Below are positions 62,219 through 64,000 of a stretch of 64,000 nucleotides of DNA, piece after piece. Every line of letters starts with the position of its first letter. The stretch's first letter is position 1. Source of the DNA: an uncultured bacterium (GTDB taxonomy: Bacteria > Patescibacteriota > Minisyncoccia > Phycocordibacterales > UBA6065); assembly GCA_966243015.1 (NCBI GenBank), contig CBIMES010000001.1, positions 50,598 to 114,597 on the forward strand. The letters run 5' to 3'. The notes below the pieces were generated by a model that saw only the letters and a program-made list of their open reading frames with translations, did no database searches and was not told the origin of the DNA. A program made the translations under genes and the position numbers.

Positions 62219-63736
62219 TTACTTCTCGACGACGGCGAAGGCCTCGATGACGTCGCCCGGCGCGAGCTCCATCTTGGCGTCGATCATGGCTCCGAACTCG
62301 AAGCCCTCGGCGACCGAGCTCGTCTTTGACTTTGCCTGCTGGAGCTCGCGGACGACGCCCTCGCCGATCACGGTCTCGCGACGGACAATCCTAACGCGGG
62401 CGCCAAGGGTCATCTCGCGGTCGATGACCTTGCCTCCGATGATCTGCTTGTCCTTGGTGGCGCTGAAGAACTTGAGGATCTTGGCCTTGCCCGTGACCTC
62501 CTCGGTCTTGACCTTTGGTCGGGCCTCGATGACCTTCTGCTCGAGCCACTCGGTGAGCTTGTAGATGATGTCGAAGGTCGCGTAGGTGATGCCGAGACGT
62601 TCGATCATTGCCTTTGCCTGGCCGTCCGCCTTCACGTTGAAGCCGACGACGAGGGTCTCGGTGCCGCCTCCCGCAGTCTTGATGTCCGACTCGGTGATGT
62701 CGCCGATTGACGCGTGAACGACTTTGACGACGACGCGGTCGTTCTGGATCTTCTTGATCTCGTGCTCGATGGCCTCGACTGACCCGAGGACGTCTGCCTT
62801 CACAATGACGGGGAGGATTTTCTTGGCGCCCTCCTCCGGTCGTCGTGGGCCCATGGGGACGATGACGGGTCGACCAGACTTTTCCTCGGCGATGCGCTCG
62901 AGGTGCGCCTCCAGAGACTTCTTGGAGCTGAAGCAGACGAAGGTGCCGCCAACCTTCGGCGCGAGGTTCCATCCGACGATGCGGACGGGGCTCGAGAAGG
63001 TGGCCTCGGTAATCTTCTTGCCGCTGAAGTCCTCGAGCATGCGGACGGGGGAGAACGCCTCGCCTACAGCGACGAACATGCCGGTCGAGAGGGAGCCGTT
63101 CTTGATGATGAGGGTGGCCGAGATGCCCTTCTTTGGGTCTCGGTATGCCTCTATGACGGTTCCGGTCGCGAGGGTCTCTGAGTCGCCCTCGAGTCCCGCT
63201 ACGTCCGCGGTCAGGATGATGAGGTCGAGGAGCTCGTCGATGCCTTCGCCAGTCTTTGACGAGATGGGCACGTACGAGATGTTGCCGCCGTAGCCCTCGA
63301 GGTAGATCTCGTTCTCGGCGAGAGATATTTTGGCTCGCTCGACGTTTGCCTGGGGTTTGTCGATTTTAGTGATGGCGACGATGAACGGCACGCCTGCGGC
63401 GACGATCTGCTTGTACGCCTCGACGGTCTGCTTCTTCACGCCGTCCTCGGACGAGACGATGAGAATGGCGATGTCCGCGGTCGAGGCGCCGCGCTCGCGC
63501 ATGCCCGCGAATGCCTCGTGGCCTGGGGTGTCGATGAAGGTGATCTTCTGGGGGCCATCCTTCGTGTCGCGGGTGACCTCGTAGGCGGTGATGCTCTGGG
63601 TGATGCCACCGGCCTCCTTGTCTACGACGTTAGACTTGCGGATATAGTCGAGTAGGGTCGATTTGCCGTGGTCAACGTGACCCATGATGGAGACGACGGG
63701 CGGACGCTTCTGGTTTGTGTTGAAGTCGATAGACAT
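62219..63736 (-). CDS. infB: Translation initiation factor IF-2 (lacks the N-terminal domain)
   Basis: RPPVVSIMGHVDHGKSTLLD, EAGGITQ, DTPGHEAF, KADVLGSVEA. Confidence 0.97.
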   Translation of the reverse strand: MSIDFNTNQKRPPVVSIMGHVDHGKSTLLDYIRKSNVVDKEAGGITQSITAYEVTRDTKDGPQKITFIDTPGHEAFAGMRERGASTADIAILIVSSEDGVKKQTVEAYKQIVAAGVPFIVAITKIDKPQANVERAKISLAENEIYLEGYGGNISYVPISSKTGEGIDELLDLIILTADVAGLEGDSETLATGTVIEAYRDPKKGISATLIIKNGSLSTGMFVAVGEAFSPVRMLEDFSGKKITEATFSSPVRIVGWNLAPKVGGTFVCFSSKKSLEAHLERIAEEKSGRPVIVPMGPRRPEEGAKKILPVIVKADVLGSVEAIEHEIKKIQNDRVVVKVVHASIGDITESDIKTAGGGTETLVVGFNVKADGQAKAMIERLGITYATFDIIYKLTEWLEQKVIEARPKVKTEEVTGKAKILKFFSATKDKQIIGGKVIDREMTLGARVRIVRRETVIGEGVVRELQQAKSKTSSVAEGFEFGAMIDAKMELAPGDVIEAFAVVEK

Positions 63737-63754
63737 GGGTTGTTCATAAAATTA

Positions 63755-64000
63755 TTATTTGCCGCCGAGCTTTTCCTGTGCCGCCGAAAGGGCCTGGTGC
63801 TCTTCTTCCGAGAGGTCGATCTGCGACTTGAAGGCGGTGATGCCCTTGGCGAAGACCGAGACGCGCTCGCGGGTGTAGAGGCTCGAGATGACGATACCGT
63901 TTCCGTTCTCGTCGATCATCGCCGTGGCGAAGCTCTGGTTTCCGCCGAGGCCGTCTCCCTTGAAGGCGTTGAAGCGGACCGTCTCTACCGCCTGGGTGCT
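63755..64000 (-). CDS. DUF4446-like protein (partial; 5' end outside the window)
   Basis: Hand translation VRFNAFKGDGLGGNQSFATAMIDENGNGIVISSLY...FAK...LSEEE. Confidence 0.75.
   Translation of the reverse strand, partial: STQAVETVRFNAFKGDGLGGNQSFATAMIDENGNGIVISSLYTRERVSVFAKGITAFKSQIDLSEEEHQALSAAQEKLGGK

Noticed and set aside
1-64000. Many long antisense/overlapping ORFs and abundant TCGA/CTCGAG sites
   Set aside because: Explained by GC3-rich codon usage (CTC/GTC/ATC followed by GAG/GAC), which removes stops on other frames; not quantified.
1-64000. Alternative genetic code (TGA=Gly)
   Set aside because: Core genes are full length under code 11, with no in-frame TGA needed.

Overview
This is a GC-rich bacterial chromosome segment with the gene content and style of Patescibacteria/CPR (Parcubacteria-like; an inference). 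It carries core genes (truB, typA, tlyA, valS, tsaD, ftsZ/ftsA, ybeY, lepB, pth, rpsA, gyrA, rbfA, a short infB), 8 tRNAs, a MacAB/LolCDE-like ABC operon, a type IV pilin, six VirB2/TrbC-like pilins, a 2878-aa HTH-TM-fibre-S74 surface protein and a triple-LamG protein. I found no transposase, integrase, reverse transcriptase, CRISPR array or rRNA. The most unusual signals are non-coding. (1) A ~57-nt structured core with compensatory base changes occurs 4 times, each time nested in a different perfect 16-25 bp inverted repeat. (2) Two ~330-400 nt, apparently non-coding, highly base-paired promoter-to-terminator units flank rpsA. (3) A duplicated coiled-coil mini-gene carries a conserved palindromic promoter. 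Also notable are a catalytically degenerate HisRS paralog, a stand-alone RNAP alpha-CTD-like protein and a paralogous membrane-anchored protein family around the pilin locus. All product calls come from motif recognition by eye; no database searches were run.
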